IMG/VR virus record: IMGVR_UViG_3300044852_000015
Coordinates: 32,001-96,000 of that record
DNA length: 64,000 nt
DNA from: a virus
Taxonomy: Duplodnaviria > Caudoviricetes
Direction: 5' to 3' (one strand)
Both the position numbers and the translations under genes were made by a program. Positions within the stretch are counted from its first letter, which is position 1. Each line of letters begins with the position of its first letter. This document shows, one piece after another, positions 8,678 to 18,828 of this stretch. The notes beneath the pieces are model-generated. The model did no database searches, was not told the origin of the DNA, and was given only the letters and a program-made list of their open reading frames with translations.

Positions 8678-10873
8678 TTAGGGGGCCACCGCGATCTTGT
8701 GAGTAAGCACTGCTTCCAGGCCTTTCACTTTGATGATCGCCATTACCGGCAGGTGGTTGATCTGGAGGTTACGTGGTTGAACCATGGCCTCTGGATAGGT
8801 ACCACCGTCGCGCTGAACCATCATGCTCGAAGCCAGCTCAGGAATCCAGGCGTGAACGCCGAAGGTGAGTGGGTCGATGCCTTCGACTTGACCGGTACGG
8901 GTCAGGGCGATGACGATGGTGTCCTTCATACGGCTGTCGAACGAAGATTCGATTTGGTATTCAGGGAACGCGATACCGAAGGTGCGGCTGTCGCCGACGA
9001 CCATCAGGTGACGTTGCAGAACTACGTCGGTACCGATCAGCAGTTTCGGCTGCTGAGAACCACCAACGGCGGCGTTCAGAGCTGGCTGGTAGCCCGAGTC
9101 ACGGTACATGCGGTACGACACGTCACGAATGGCGTTAACCAGGATCGCGTTGATGTCTTCTGCACGGTCCATGTCACGGATCGACGATACCTGCGATTCC
9201 AGGTCGATTTCTTTCTCTTCGAAGAAAGGCTTGACCAGGAAACGACCGACGCCTTCCACTTCTGGAATGGTGTCGTTACGCTTGACGCTGACCGCGTAAG
9301 CACGCAGGGTTTCTGCGTAGTTCAGCAGGCGGGTCACAGCGTTGTTGGTGTTACGAACGCGAGCAGCGCTGATCAGTGCTTCCAGGTCACGTGCATCACG
9401 GTTGCTACCGGCTGGCGAAGGAGCCGAGATCGGAGCGCCCAGTGGGATGTGGAAACGGAAGGTGCGATCGTTGGTATCGAGCAGCAGGCCGCGAGTACGA
9501 CGGTTGCTGTTGGTACGCGAAGCTTTCAGCTCGTAAGCAACTACCTTGGAACCAGCCAGGGCAGTAACGATAGCAGCACCAGCACCAGCGGTCAGGCTGA
9601 TGTCAACGCCGTCTTTGTTCACGATGCTGTCAACGACTACAGGCGAGCTGTAAACGCGACCGTTACCCAGTTGGGTATCGAACTCACCGTTCAGGTTCAC
9701 GGCCAGACGAACAGTCAGTTCACCCGACACGACGCCAGCCAGTACGTCCGGCACTACGCCAGCAACGTTCTTGGTGTTGGCATCCAGAACCAAATCCGAA
9801 GTACGGAAGTTCAGGTTCATCTCGCGGTTTGCACCTTCAACCGACTTGACGAAGTGGCTGCGAGCCAGACGACGAGTGGTGAAAGCAATTACGTCAGCGC
9901 CGTCAGCGTCAGGACCAGCAGCGTCGATCTGGATGTAGATCTTGTCCAGGCCAATGCTGTTGTCGATTGCGTCGGTGTGGTCGATCACGCCAGCGCCGAT
10001 CAGACCTGGGTGCTGGGACAGACCGAGCAGGTTCAGTTCCTGGTTGATGGCCAGAGGCGCGGTGGTCACGTCAACGTTGGAGATGCGACGGATTTCACGA
10101 GCCAGCAGAGCTTCGTCGATGAACATGTCGGCGTTGGAGCCGTTGGCCAGAACCACTGGAACCAGAGCAGTGCTCTCGTCAGCCAGGATGGTGTAGTCCA
10201 TTGCCGCGTCAACCAGGTTCTTACGATTCCAGTTGGTGGCCTTACCGGTGTTGCTGTGCTGGATGGCGTTGTGCACCAGGGTGCGACGAACGGTGATGTC
10301 CAGGCCGCCTTGTTCTGGCGGAACAACGGTAGTTGGGTAGAACATTTCCGAGAAGCTGTCCTGAACCGACGCCTTCACGTTGAACGCGATGGAGTAAGGC
10401 AGGAACTTGGCCAGTTCACGTTCGTCGAAGGATTCCAGCGACGGAGTGTCACGGGTATCAACCGAACCAGCGGCGCCAGTGGAGCCGATGTCAACAACGC
10501 CGTCAATGCCAGCGCCTTGTTCAGCCTGGGAGCGCATAGCTACGTCGGCGTAAGCGGCAGGGTCGCCTGCGGCCATGGCTGCGATCGCACCGGCTTCCAG
10601 TTGGGTTTCGGTCAGCTCTTCGCCGCTGTCTTCGCCGTCTTCCATCGAAGGGCGCAGGGCTTTGAACGCGTCACGGATTTCGGAAGACAGGTCTTTACAG
10701 ACGCGGGACAGTTCACTGTGGCCGCCTTCGTCCAGGGATTCCATGGAGATCAGGTTGGCAGTAGTGCCTTTGGAGGCGAACTCGCTACCTTGGGTAGCAA
10801 CGGTTTGCTTCAGCGCAGAAACCACGTTAGCCAGCGCCGAGCCAGCGGAACCTTTGTATTTCAGAAGTGACAT
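8678..10873 (-). CDS. Major capsid protein precursor (phiKZ gp120-like)
   Basis: 731 aa from MSLLKYK (AAGGA RBS); motifs QDSFSEMFYPTTVV, TNSNRRTRG, QPRNLQINHLPV; acidic propeptide with SxE sites; strong codon bias. Confidence 0.92.
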   Translation of the reverse strand: MSLLKYKGSAGSALANVVSALKQTVATQGSEFASKGTTANLISMESLDEGGHSELSRVCKDLSSEIRDAFKALRPSMEDGEDSGEELTETQLEAGAIAAMAAGDPAAYADVAMRSQAEQGAGIDGVVDIGSTGAAGSVDTRDTPSLESFDERELAKFLPYSIAFNVKASVQDSFSEMFYPTTVVPPEQGGLDITVRRTLVHNAIQHSNTGKATNWNRKNLVDAAMDYTILADESTALVPVVLANGSNADMFIDEALLAREIRRISNVDVTTAPLAINQELNLLGLSQHPGLIGAGVIDHTDAIDNSIGLDKIYIQIDAAGPDADGADVIAFTTRRLARSHFVKSVEGANREMNLNFRTSDLVLDANTKNVAGVVPDVLAGVVSGELTVRLAVNLNGEFDTQLGNGRVYSSPVVVDSIVNKDGVDISLTAGAGAAIVTALAGSKVVAYELKASRTNSNRRTRGLLLDTNDRTFRFHIPLGAPISAPSPAGSNRDARDLEALISAARVRNTNNAVTRLLNYAETLRAYAVSVKRNDTIPEVEGVGRFLVKPFFEEKEIDLESQVSSIRDMDRAEDINAILVNAIRDVSYRMYRDSGYQPALNAAVGGSQQPKLLIGTDVVLQRHLMVVGDSRTFGIAFPEYQIESSFDSRMKDTIVIALTRTGQVEGIDPLTFGVHAWIPELASSMMVQRDGGTYPEAMVQPRNLQINHLPVMAIIKVKGLEAVLTHKIAVAP

Positions 10874-11026
10874 GTTTGAGTCCTTACTTATCGGATAAGT
10901 ATAAGTGGGGTGGAATCGGCATTCTGCCTTTACCAATTGCGACCACAACGTATTTTGTTATAGCTGCTATATAATTAAACAGATTTCACAAAACTATTGA
11001 AAAGGTCATTGAAACATAGAATATAT

Positions 11027-11557
11027 TTAAACACTCTTAACGAGGCTCAAATACTCTTTGAAAATCGGAGTGGTAGCAACCAGCTCAAGTGACGAGACGG
11101 AGACCCACAGACCAATCAACTGATCCATGAACCGTGCGGCATCGGCTTTTGCGTCTGCGGCAGCTTGTCCTAAGATAGGTGTAATAATTAACGTATCGCT
11201 ACCAACCAGTTGTGCTGTAAGGCTGTAGCCAGACGCTTCGGCAACATCACGACCAATCCAAGCCTCCTCCAAAGTAGGCTTGTCCTTGATTCTCAGGTAC
11301 TGAAGTTGATTGGAGATTTTGTCGTACTTATCTGATGCAACGCTCGCATCGAGATCGAACAAACCAGTACCATCGAACGACTGGGCCACGCCCTTAGTCA
11401 GGTACGTTGCGCGTTCCTCATTGAGCATGAGGTATTTCGCTACGTCCTCCGTCGATAGTATAGTCGTCAAGGTTTTGAGATCCGTGACCGTTGACAAATT
11501 CAGATTAGCTTGCTCCAGTGAACGCTTCAGCCACTGGGGTACCAAGATTACTTTCAT
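11027..11557 (-). CDS. Virion protein, phiKZ gp119-like
   Basis: Lies between MCP and DnaB; N-terminal VILVPxW. Confidence 0.6.
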   Translation of the reverse strand: MKVILVPQWLKRSLEQANLNLSTVTDLKTLTTILSTEDVAKYLMLNEERATYLTKGVAQSFDGTGLFDLDASVASDKYDKISNQLQYLRIKDKPTLEEAWIGRDVAEASGYSLTAQLVGSDTLIITPILGQAAADAKADAARFMDQLIGLWVSVSSLELVATTPIFKEYLSLVKSV

Positions 11558-11586
11558 TTAAAAACTCCGGGCTGGGTATCAGAGAA

Positions 11587-13140
11587 ATGGATTATAAACT
11601 ACTATTGGTGCAGGTGATCACTCTCCTGTACCGGGAAAGTCAACTGGACAACCGGACAGCAAACTCTGCCGAACTGGTCGGTCAGATTGTGGCCAGTATT
11701 CGTATCCCAGAAACCTCAATGGAGACAGACCGTGGTCGTGAGACTTTGGTGGGTCTTAGAGCTACCGCGATGTGGATGGCTGGTAACCCGGTCAACCAGG
11801 ATTACGATAGGACTATCCTACTTCAAAGAATACGTGTAAACGTAGCGGATGAGGATGGGCTGTACCAAGCGTTTGAAGGGGCTACTGAACCTTGTGAGGA
11901 CATGAACCTCATTAAACGTATGGTACTCGAGTACCGTTCTGAGCTGCAAGCGTACCTGAACCAGAACCAGATTACTGAGATCCTCAAGCAAACGTCTCAG
12001 AAGGCTCTGTTCAATCCACACACCATCGACTGGAAGAACTTCGTTAAAGACGTCATGGGTGAACTCGAACCTCTGGCTACTGTCCAGACGATTGAGAACA
12101 ACCCGGCCATCGTGGGCTCGGTGGACATCAATGACGACGACGCGGTACAAGCGTTGATGGAACAAGCCCAAGACGAACTGTCCGCTGATGGTGTACTGCG
12201 TTCGGGTTGGCAAGCTATTAACAGAATGTGCGGTGATCAGGGTGGCTTCCGTCGTGGGGAGTTTGTTCTGCTCGGTGCACTGCAACACAACTTTAAAACA
12301 GGCTTTACCCTGAACCTGTTTAAACACATGTGCATCTATAACAAGCCGTACATGCGTGATCCACTGAAGAAACCTCTAGGTCTCCACATCTCCGCAGAGA
12401 ACAACCTGCTTGATAACGTCATGCAGCTCTACGTGTCGCTTAAGGAGAACGAAACGGGTGAAGCCGTATCAATCCGTGGGGTAGACACCGCCGAGGCTTC
12501 TGCGTACGTTAAACGCCGTCTGCGTGAAACCGGTTATGAAGTTCGTATGCTGCGGGTTGACCCATCCCTGTTCGGCTACCGTGACCTGTTCGACCTGATC
12601 CAGAAATACGAATCCGAGGGATACGAAGTCCACTTCTGTGTACTCGACTACCTCAACATGTTGTCTAAGCGTGGTTGCCAGCAAGGTCCACACGGTTTCG
12701 AGACTCGTGACCTGTTCCGTCGTGTGCGTAACTTCACTGCACCGCGTGGCATCACCTTTATTACCCCGCATCAATTGTCGACTCAGGCTAAGGAGCTTGT
12801 AAGGTCCCAGATTGAAAACTTCGTACAAGAGATTGTCAACAAAGGCTACTACGACTCCTGCCGTACCGTAGACCAAGAAGTTGACATGGAGCTGACCATC
12901 CACATTGAGAAGCTCAACGGTGAGTCCTTCTTGACAGTGGGTCGGGGTAAACATCGTAAAATCACGATAACCCCTGAGCGTGACTTGTTCACTGTGCTCA
13001 AGTTCGAGAAGATCGGTAACATCCCTGACGACATTAACGGTGCCGACCGTTCGATGCGTAAAGTGGGTGGTCGCCCTGAGACTGAGGGCGGTAGTGGTAA
13101 CGTCTGGTGGGAAACACAAGAGTTCAAACAAGCCGCTTAA
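11587..13140 (+). CDS. dnaB: DnaB-like replicative helicase (phiKZ gp118-like)
   Basis: GGFRRGE..GALQHNFKT (Walker A), LDYL (Walker B), TPHQLS, RGKHR. Confidence 0.9.
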   Translation: MDYKLLLVQVITLLYRESQLDNRTANSAELVGQIVASIRIPETSMETDRGRETLVGLRATAMWMAGNPVNQDYDRTILLQRIRVNVADEDGLYQAFEGATEPCEDMNLIKRMVLEYRSELQAYLNQNQITEILKQTSQKALFNPHTIDWKNFVKDVMGELEPLATVQTIENNPAIVGSVDINDDDAVQALMEQAQDELSADGVLRSGWQAINRMCGDQGGFRRGEFVLLGALQHNFKTGFTLNLFKHMCIYNKPYMRDPLKKPLGLHISAENNLLDNVMQLYVSLKENETGEAVSIRGVDTAEASAYVKRRLRETGYEVRMLRVDPSLFGYRDLFDLIQKYESEGYEVHFCVLDYLNMLSKRGCQQGPHGFETRDLFRRVRNFTAPRGITFITPHQLSTQAKELVRSQIENFVQEIVNKGYYDSCRTVDQEVDMELTIHIEKLNGESFLTVGRGKHRKITITPERDLFTVLKFEKIGNIPDDINGADRSMRKVGGRPETEGGSGNVWWETQEFKQAA

Positions 13141-13175
13141 CAGCCAAAAAAAAAAGAGTCCACGCCCGGACTTGT

Positions 13176-13212
13176 GAGGAGAGAGCCAAGACGGCTCTCT
13201 CCTCTTTATGCC
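13176..13212 (+). terminator. Intrinsic terminator
   Basis: GAGGAGAGAGCC-AAGAC-GGCTCTCTCCTC followed by TTTATGCC. Confidence 0.85.
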
Positions 13213-13213
13213 C

Positions 13214-13525
13214 TTACTCTTCTGCCTTCAGATAGAAGTACATGGAACCCACCGCGTCTTCGAGTGTTGGCCCGATGATGTCGATAGTCTCTTCCTCGGT
13301 CTCGCCATTGGCTGTCAGTTGGACGATCGTACCTGAGGCCACGTACTGGTCTGCATGGTCATCGTCAATCAACCCAGTGGCTACCAGACGGTCTACGGCT
13401 TCCTCAATGGTTTGGTTCTCATCGAGGTGTTCGTTGATCGTGATGGTAAGACTGCGCTGAGCCATGCGCTGGATTTCAGCCAACATCACCGGTGTAGTCA
13501 GCTCGTCATCAGGTACGTCGGTCAT
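13214..13525 (-). CDS. Hypothetical acidic protein
   Basis: 103 aa, GAGG RBS. Confidence 0.7.
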   Translation of the reverse strand: MTDVPDDELTTPVMLAEIQRMAQRSLTITINEHLDENQTIEEAVDRLVATGLIDDDHADQYVASGTIVQLTANGETEEETIDIIGPTLEDAVGSMYFYLKAEE

Positions 13526-13528
13526 GGT

Positions 13529-13873
13529 TTATTCCTCGTCGTCGTAACCGAGCAGTGAGTTGATGTAGTTGGTGCCGTCTACCAACTCAGCCAAGGTATC
13601 GGCTTGCGAGAGGTAGGTTTCGACATCGAACGACACCTTGAAGTTTTCACCACCAGGTTTGCCTTTGACCACGTAACCCATATCACGCAGGTCGTTGATC
13701 ATCTTGCTGATGCTGACGTCCTTGATGCGATCACCTTGGGTCAGGCCGCGCAGTTCAGTTCGGGTGAACTCTACCACGATGTCCTTGGTGAATTCGAGTT
13801 TGAGGTTGATGGCCAGACGTTTCATCATTGCAGCGTTGATGTGTTTAGCCAGATTCGAGGTGCTGAGTGCCAT
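13529..13873 (-). CDS. Hypothetical protein
   Basis: AAGGA RBS before MALSTS; phage-like codon usage. Confidence 0.7.
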   Translation of the reverse strand: MALSTSNLAKHINAAMMKRLAINLKLEFTKDIVVEFTRTELRGLTQGDRIKDVSISKMINDLRDMGYVVKGKPGGENFKVSFDVETYLSQADTLAELVDGTNYINSLLGYDDEE

Positions 13874-13946
13874 TGTTACATTCCTTACCATTAAGGGTAT
13901 TTGATTTGGTTGAGTGAGGGTCGACCCTCAGCTCTTCAGGTTTTAC

Positions 13947-14210
13947 TTAGGTGTAAGCTTTGATTACCCAGATCATGCGGAAAGAGTCCGAAGTCTCTTC
14001 TTCCACTTGCTCCAGTGTTGCGTTCGGCACATAGACCATGCTCTCGCCAACTTGAACGGTGATGTTCATGCCGTCGATCTTGCGTTGTTCGAAGCTTTGG
14101 CTTTTAACCAAGACTCCGTCGCCACAACGCATGGCTGTGGTGGTATTGAAGTCGTCTTCACTGATGGTTACCCAACGTTCTGCGATGGGTGCTTGTTTTG
14201 TTTGTGTCAT
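13947..14210 (-). CDS. Hypothetical early protein
   Basis: AGGAG RBS; first gene after an early promoter. Confidence 0.7.
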   Translation of the reverse strand: MTQTKQAPIAERWVTISEDDFNTTTAMRCGDGVLVKSQSFEQRKIDGMNITVQVGESMVYVPNATLEQVEEETSDSFRMIWVIKAYT

Positions 14211-14270
14211 GGATGCTCCTGCATTAATAGATTGGTTTGAATGCTCTAGACTAGTCTATCCTATTCACCT

Positions 14271-14290
14271 AGGTAATATAGGTCTGTAAT
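14271..14290 (-). promoter_or_regulatory. Early promoter (TATATTAC)
   Basis: Minus strand ATTACAGACCTATATTACCT. Confidence 0.75.
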
Positions 14291-14417
14291 ATGTTTAATT
14301 CTACATCCACCGGTATGTTCCCGTCAGAAGTAAAGTCTTACAGAACTCACTTAATTAATGAACGAGCAATGATGCACGTTCTTAAAAAGCAACAATAATC
14401 TTAAAAGGGAAGTACCA

Positions 14418-14789
14418 ATGGAAAGTAGTCGCACGAGAACCAACGTGCCAAAACCCACGGAAGGGGGTATTGGTGTGGTGTCTCGTAATGGTACTAGGCG
14501 TTACACTCCTTCAACCCACCTACTCACCCAACCGGGTGTATCTGTTTGTCCCTCTCCCGAAGTCTCTACGGTTACAAACGCGATAGCCTTGCATCGGTTT
14601 CGTCATCTGTGGAACGTTCAGTTAGTGCAACAGTGGTGTTGTGAGCTAACCCCTAAGTTGTTAAGCTTTGTAGATAGAGTCGCAGACCTTCACAGAGTAG
14701 CACTTAAGGTAATTCTTTTCGGGTTCGAGTCGTCTGTTGCCAAGCCTGCAAATTCACTCCCATACCTGAACATTGATAGTATGAGATAA
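14418..14789 (+). CDS. Possible hypothetical protein (doubtful)
   Basis: Only ORF in a gap of about 600 bp; AGGGGA RBS but atypical composition. Confidence 0.3.
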   Translation: MESSRTRTNVPKPTEGGIGVVSRNGTRRYTPSTHLLTQPGVSVCPSPEVSTVTNAIALHRFRHLWNVQLVQQWCCELTPKLLSFVDRVADLHRVALKVILFGFESSVAKPANSLPYLNIDSMR

Positions 14790-14828
14790 TAACACATGTC
14801 TCCACAACCGCTGTTCCTGTGGCCAAGG

Positions 14829-14880
14829 GGCATAAAAGCCCTAATGCTCTAGTAGCCTTCTTCGGAGGGCTACTAGAGCA
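14829..14880 (-). terminator. Strong hairpin terminator
   Basis: TGCTCTAGTAGCCTTC-TTCG-GAGGGCTACTAGAGCA plus GGCATAAA motif. Confidence 0.8.
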
Positions 14881-14890
14881 GTCACAGTAT

Positions 14891-15277
14891 CTATGCCGCT
14901 TGCTTTTTAATGCCAGCGTGTGGGAACAACCGTAGGGTGGTGAAGTACCCGTAAGTGTTACCACTGTAACCGTGGGACTTAGGCAGATTAACTTCGAAGA
15001 CTTGGACACCACATTCCTTAAACTTACGCTCAAGGTACGCGCCGAACGAGGCGATGAAATCAATTTCCTTGTGTTGACACGGAGATTGTGAGACTCCGTC
15101 GACTTCCATGTAGAAACGTTGCTTCTGGGTTGTGAACCCAGCTTTCGTACCATAGGTAAAATACCCAATGTGCGACTGAGGCAAGTTATCCGTCACGTCC
15201 GTGATCAGGTAGATTTTGGTGTCTGGTAAGAAGTTCAATGCTTCCCTACACTCCACCGCAGCTTTAATTGTAGCCAT
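14891..15277 (-). CDS. Hypothetical protein
   Basis: AAGGAG RBS before MATIK. Confidence 0.7.
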   Translation of the reverse strand: MATIKAAVECREALNFLPDTKIYLITDVTDNLPQSHIGYFTYGTKAGFTTQKQRFYMEVDGVSQSPCQHKEIDFIASFGAYLERKFKECGVQVFEVNLPKSHGYSGNTYGYFTTLRLFPHAGIKKQAA

Positions 15278-15417
15278 CGTAGATACTCCTTTAGGTGATG
15301 ACACAAAAACTTGTGGAGATACATTTGGTGCCGTGTTAAGTGTTGGTGTGGGCTAGATTATAGTTAAAGCGCCACCGGGCAATGTGCCTTTTGGCCACCC
15401 GTCATCTAATAGGTAGG

Positions 15418-15915
15418 TTAAGCCGTCAATTCCCCTTGTGCCCACTCAGCTTCGAGTTGGCGCTTCAGAGGTTTACTGCTCGGTTCTGAGGTCTGCGTTA
15501 CAACGCGGTAGAAGTCCACAGCAGCCTCGATCGTCTTCGCGGTGAACTCAGGTACCTCTAGTACACGCATCGCCTCCAAGAGGATGTCATCGGCCTCTGA
15601 GCGGGTGATGCTCTGTGGTACTCCGTCGACCGTGATCGACAGGTATTCACACAAGTAGTCGTGAACCACCGCCGCTTGACCGTACGCACCCCATTGTGGG
15701 ATCACTGACCAGAAGATCTGTGGTACTGAAGCACCATCAGTCAAGAAGCCAGCCGGTACGTAGACCCAACGGTTGGAACCTTTTGTCCCTAGGTAATAGC
15801 GGAAGCCCTTCTGGACACGCCAGTAGTCTTTACCTAGGAGCTTACTCGCTTTAGTGTCATACGCTACCATGAGTTCAGCATCGAACTTTCTGAAACTAAC
15901 AATGTCAGCCATCAC
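15418..15915 (-). CDS. DUF1353 family protein
   Basis: VPAGFLTDGASVP...AAVVHDYL...EAD signature. Confidence 0.85.
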   Translation of the reverse strand: MMADIVSFRKFDAELMVAYDTKASKLLGKDYWRVQKGFRYYLGTKGSNRWVYVPAGFLTDGASVPQIFWSVIPQWGAYGQAAVVHDYLCEYLSITVDGVPQSITRSEADDILLEAMRVLEVPEFTAKTIEAAVDFYRVVTQTSEPSSKPLKRQLEAEWAQGELTA

Positions 15916-15987
15916 GATACACCTTTAAGAGAGGGACATCCCTCATATCGTGGCGGCATAAAAGGGAACCGAAGTTCCCTCTCACGT

Positions 15988-16215
15988 TTACGAACGGTGT
16001 TTCGCGACCCAGTACGGCCAGATTGCGAGCCCGATGACGTACCAGTACAGCAGAACCAACACTGTCTTCAGGTAGTTCTGCCCGTAGGCCTGCATGAGTT
16101 CGAGCCTGTAGTCTTTTAGGAACCTTGGATAGTCAGTACACAGGGTCAACAGAAAGCCACCCAGAACGACGTACAGGAGCAATCCATACATCAACGCGAT
16201 CACAATCAAGTTCAT
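15988..16215 (-). CDS. Small membrane protein (2 TM)
   Basis: Two hydrophobic segments. Confidence 0.65.
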   Translation of the reverse strand: MNLIVIALMYGLLLYVVLGGFLLTLCTDYPRFLKDYRLELMQAYGQNYLKTVLVLLYWYVIGLAIWPYWVAKHRS

Positions 16216-16306
16216 TCCCTTTCCCCACCCTAAGCAAAAAGATCATAATGTCATAGAGTAGGACAAAAAAAAGAAGGGGACCGAAGCCCCCATTCTTTCC
16301 CTTCCT

Positions 16307-16705
16307 TTAATGTACCGTGGCGGGTGTGGTAGGTGCGTAGAACACCTGATCACCGATGTGGTACTCTTGCAGGTAGAGACGTTTCCACGGGATCACGTTG
16401 CCGGCCTTGGTGTTCTCCAGCAGGCCTTCGCGTTTCTTGTGAATCGCCATGGGATTGCCGTAAGGTTGCAGCGCTTGGATCAGTGTTGGATCGTTCAGTA
16501 CGTCCAACGAGACTTTCTTCCGGTCTTTGATTTCACGCGAGGTGAAAACCTGATCCAACAGCCCCAAGGTCTTGAACAGGATGTTGAAGTAGACGAACCC
16601 GCCAGAAGCCTTCTTAACGGCTACGTGGGGTTTCTCGGGATTAAATGCCTCGGTGTCAATGCCCACCGGGACAGCAACTTCACGACGAGTAGAGAGCAGG
16701 CTCAT
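16307..16705 (-). CDS. Hypothetical protein
   Basis: 132 aa, overlaps the end of DHFR, followed by a terminator. Confidence 0.7.
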   Translation of the reverse strand: MSLLSTRREVAVPVGIDTEAFNPEKPHVAVKKASGGFVYFNILFKTLGLLDQVFTSREIKDRKKVSLDVLNDPTLIQALQPYGNPMAIHKKREGLLENTKAGNVIPWKRLYLQEYHIGDQVFYAPTTPATVH

Positions 16706-17267
16706 TTAGGTCTTTCCTTTGTGTATATAGTTCAACAACAAATGTGGGGGCAACCAGTAGTTCTTCGTTGCTCCAGTCAGATGGATCGAAGCTTGGGAAG
16801 AAGGTATCACACGGAACCTTGTGGGCTACGTGTGAAATCAACATCGTGTCGATCAGGTCCTTCTCCAACGCTTCTTTATATAGCTGCCCACCGCCAGCGA
16901 GGTAGATCTGTGCCTCCTCGTCTTTATTAAGCTCCCAGGCTTTGGCGATGGCTGCTTCCAAACTACGCTCGACATACAATCCCAGTCTCACGTAATTACG
17001 GACATACTCCTTACGGGACACTACAATGATCGTGCGGCCCGGTAAGACCATTTGTTCCTGCGGGGTGTAGACTTTTTTCACCCTCTCGCTGAGTTTGATC
17101 AGGGAATCGACGGTACGACTCCCCATAATCAACACTCGCCCCAATGTAGCCAAGCGAAAGTGTTTCAGTTCTGCTGGGTCTTTCCAGGGCATCTCACCAT
17201 TCAGCCCAATCCCACGCATTGATGACATTGCAGTGATCAAACCGATCTTCTTATCTTCAGCACTCAT
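16680..17267 (-). CDS. folA: Dihydrofolate reductase
   Basis: GIGLNGEMPW..AELKHF..T...IMGSRT, LPGR, GGGQLY, CDTFFP. Confidence 0.92.
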   Translation of the reverse strand: MSAEDKKIGLITAMSSMRGIGLNGEMPWKDPAELKHFRLATLGRVLIMGSRTVDSLIKLSERVKKVYTPQEQMVLPGRTIIVVSRKEYVRNYVRLGLYVERSLEAAIAKAWELNKDEEAQIYLAGGGQLYKEALEKDLIDTMLISHVAHKVPCDTFFPSFDPSDWSNEELLVAPTFVVELYTQRKDLNEPALYSS

Positions 17268-17914
17268 TGCTGACCCCCATTAATTGTTTTAGGACCGATG
17301 CGATGTACGGTAGCGTCACGATCTTCAGCCACCAACCCATTCAGGTAGAAAGGTAGATCGTCGTTCATCTCAACGCCCCAATGTTTAATCAAGCCATTGT
17401 AGCCACGGTTCTGGAACAGCAACACGTCAGCAGTGGCGCGGCGTGGTGTACCTTCAGCGCGTGGTGCGTCACGGAATGTGTAGAGTAGGTCACGACAGAC
17501 ACCCGTCCAGAGTTCAGATTGGTTCATGCGAGCCCAATGGTAGTCACTTTCGGTTTCGTACCAGATCTCTACGGGGTACACCACCTTCTCGTGGATGGCG
17601 TATCCATCGAAGCCCTGAGCACCCAACTGGGTAGCAGGTACCGAGTAGTATAGGTAGTCCGAGATGAACCAGTTCAGCGTACGGTCCAGTTCATCGGTCT
17701 TCATGTAGAGCATCCCTTTCAGGACGCCTTGCTGCACAACCGGTTGAGTCCGATCCCACAGTTCTTTAACCATTTCCTTGACGGCACGCTTGTTAGCTTT
17801 GCCATGGAACTTGCGCACTAGCGCTAAACGCAACAGTACATCCAGATCGTGGAACAGGGTTTCTTTCTCTTCAGCGATCTCTACTTGAATCTCGTCCACG
17901 GTAAAACTCTCCAA
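17264..17914 (-). CDS. Hypothetical protein
   Basis: 216 aa, ATGA overlap with folA. Confidence 0.65.
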   Translation of the reverse strand: MESFTVDEIQVEIAEEKETLFHDLDVLLRLALVRKFHGKANKRAVKEMVKELWDRTQPVVQQGVLKGMLYMKTDELDRTLNWFISDYLYYSVPATQLGAQGFDGYAIHEKVVYPVEIWYETESDYHWARMNQSELWTGVCRDLLYTFRDAPRAEGTPRRATADVLLFQNRGYNGLIKHWGVEMNDDLPFYLNGLVAEDRDATVHRIGPKTINGGQQ

Positions 17915-17966
17915 CTCTACTCAGAGTACATTGATTAATGAAGGGGCTCTAGTGAACCCCGGTGTG

Positions 17967-18461
17967 TCAGCTTACTTTCTTGCTTGGTTCCCGGCAGACA
18001 CGTTCCAACTCGAAGTCTGTCGGCTTGTTACTCAACCCACTGATCTCGTGGTCTGCGTTCAGGTACAGGATGCACAGCTTGGTGTCGCTTGGGTGTTCAT
18101 GGCCAAACAACAACCATGGACTGCGCTCAGACATCATCTCCAACGTAGTCATCCGCTGAATACGAGCAAAGCGTTGAACTTCAACCATCACCACCCGTTC
18201 ACAAGGAGCGGTACGATCAAAGCCTTTACCCAATACCCCATCCACCAACATTTGGTCTTTAGAAAGTCCTTGAGTGTAATCACCACAGTCGGCGAAAAGC
18301 ACAGCACGGTGTAGACTATCCACAAAACCAAAATGCACGTTCTCGATTGCAAGAGCGCCAGCCAGTGTGTCCAGAGCATCTTCACGAGTTTCATGGGGCT
18401 CACCAGTTTGGCGCACGTATGTCAGCATCGGGTGTCTCCACACGGAGTTTATCGAAGTCAT
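17967..18461 (-). CDS. Hypothetical protein
   Basis: ORF within operon. Confidence 0.55.
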   Translation of the reverse strand: MTSINSVWRHPMLTYVRQTGEPHETREDALDTLAGALAIENVHFGFVDSLHRAVLFADCGDYTQGLSKDQMLVDGVLGKGFDRTAPCERVVMVEVQRFARIQRMTTLEMMSERSPWLLFGHEHPSDTKLCILYLNADHEISGLSNKPTDFELERVCREPSKKVS

Positions 18462-18828
18462 GGTAAGGTACGTAATGTGGGTGAGTATAAGCGTCTTCTA
18501 GACAGATTATTAGCTTACCCTGTAAACCATTATTGAGCATCGCTTGTAGACGATGGGCTGTCATCATCTCAGGGCGAGGGTTAGGCATCGCCATGGGGAA
18601 GAACGTCCCCAAGGGAAACCCACCATTCAACATGCTTGCTGAGATACCCATCGTGGGTAGACTTGACAACATGTCCACCTCCAAGCTCTGGAGATGCTCG
18701 TAGATGCCGTGACCTTCGCTACCTACCCCGGAGTAGGCCTCAATGTCCCACGTGACTTGGAGCTTCTGTTGGCGAGGGCTATCAGGCCAACGACGACGAG
18801 CACCGAAGTATTGTTTACGCTTCCTCAC
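18400..18828 (-). CDS. Hypothetical protein
   Basis: ORF overlapping the end of ligA. Confidence 0.5.
   Translation of the reverse strand: MRKRKQYFGARRRWPDSPRQQKLQVTWDIEAYSGVGSEGHGIYEHLQSLEVDMLSSLPTMGISASMLNGGFPLGTFFPMAMPNPRPEMMTAHRLQAMLNNGLQGKLIICLEDAYTHPHYVPYHDFDKLRVETPDADIRAPNW

Noticed and set aside
8648-10870. 740-aa plus-strand ORF antisense to MCP
   Set aside because: Shadow ORF caused by strong codon bias of a highly expressed gene; no RBS and no protein-like motifs
14715-14742. GGTTCGAGTC...CCA resembling a tRNA T-loop and 3' end
   Set aside because: The T-stem does not pair and no acceptor or anticodon stems could be built
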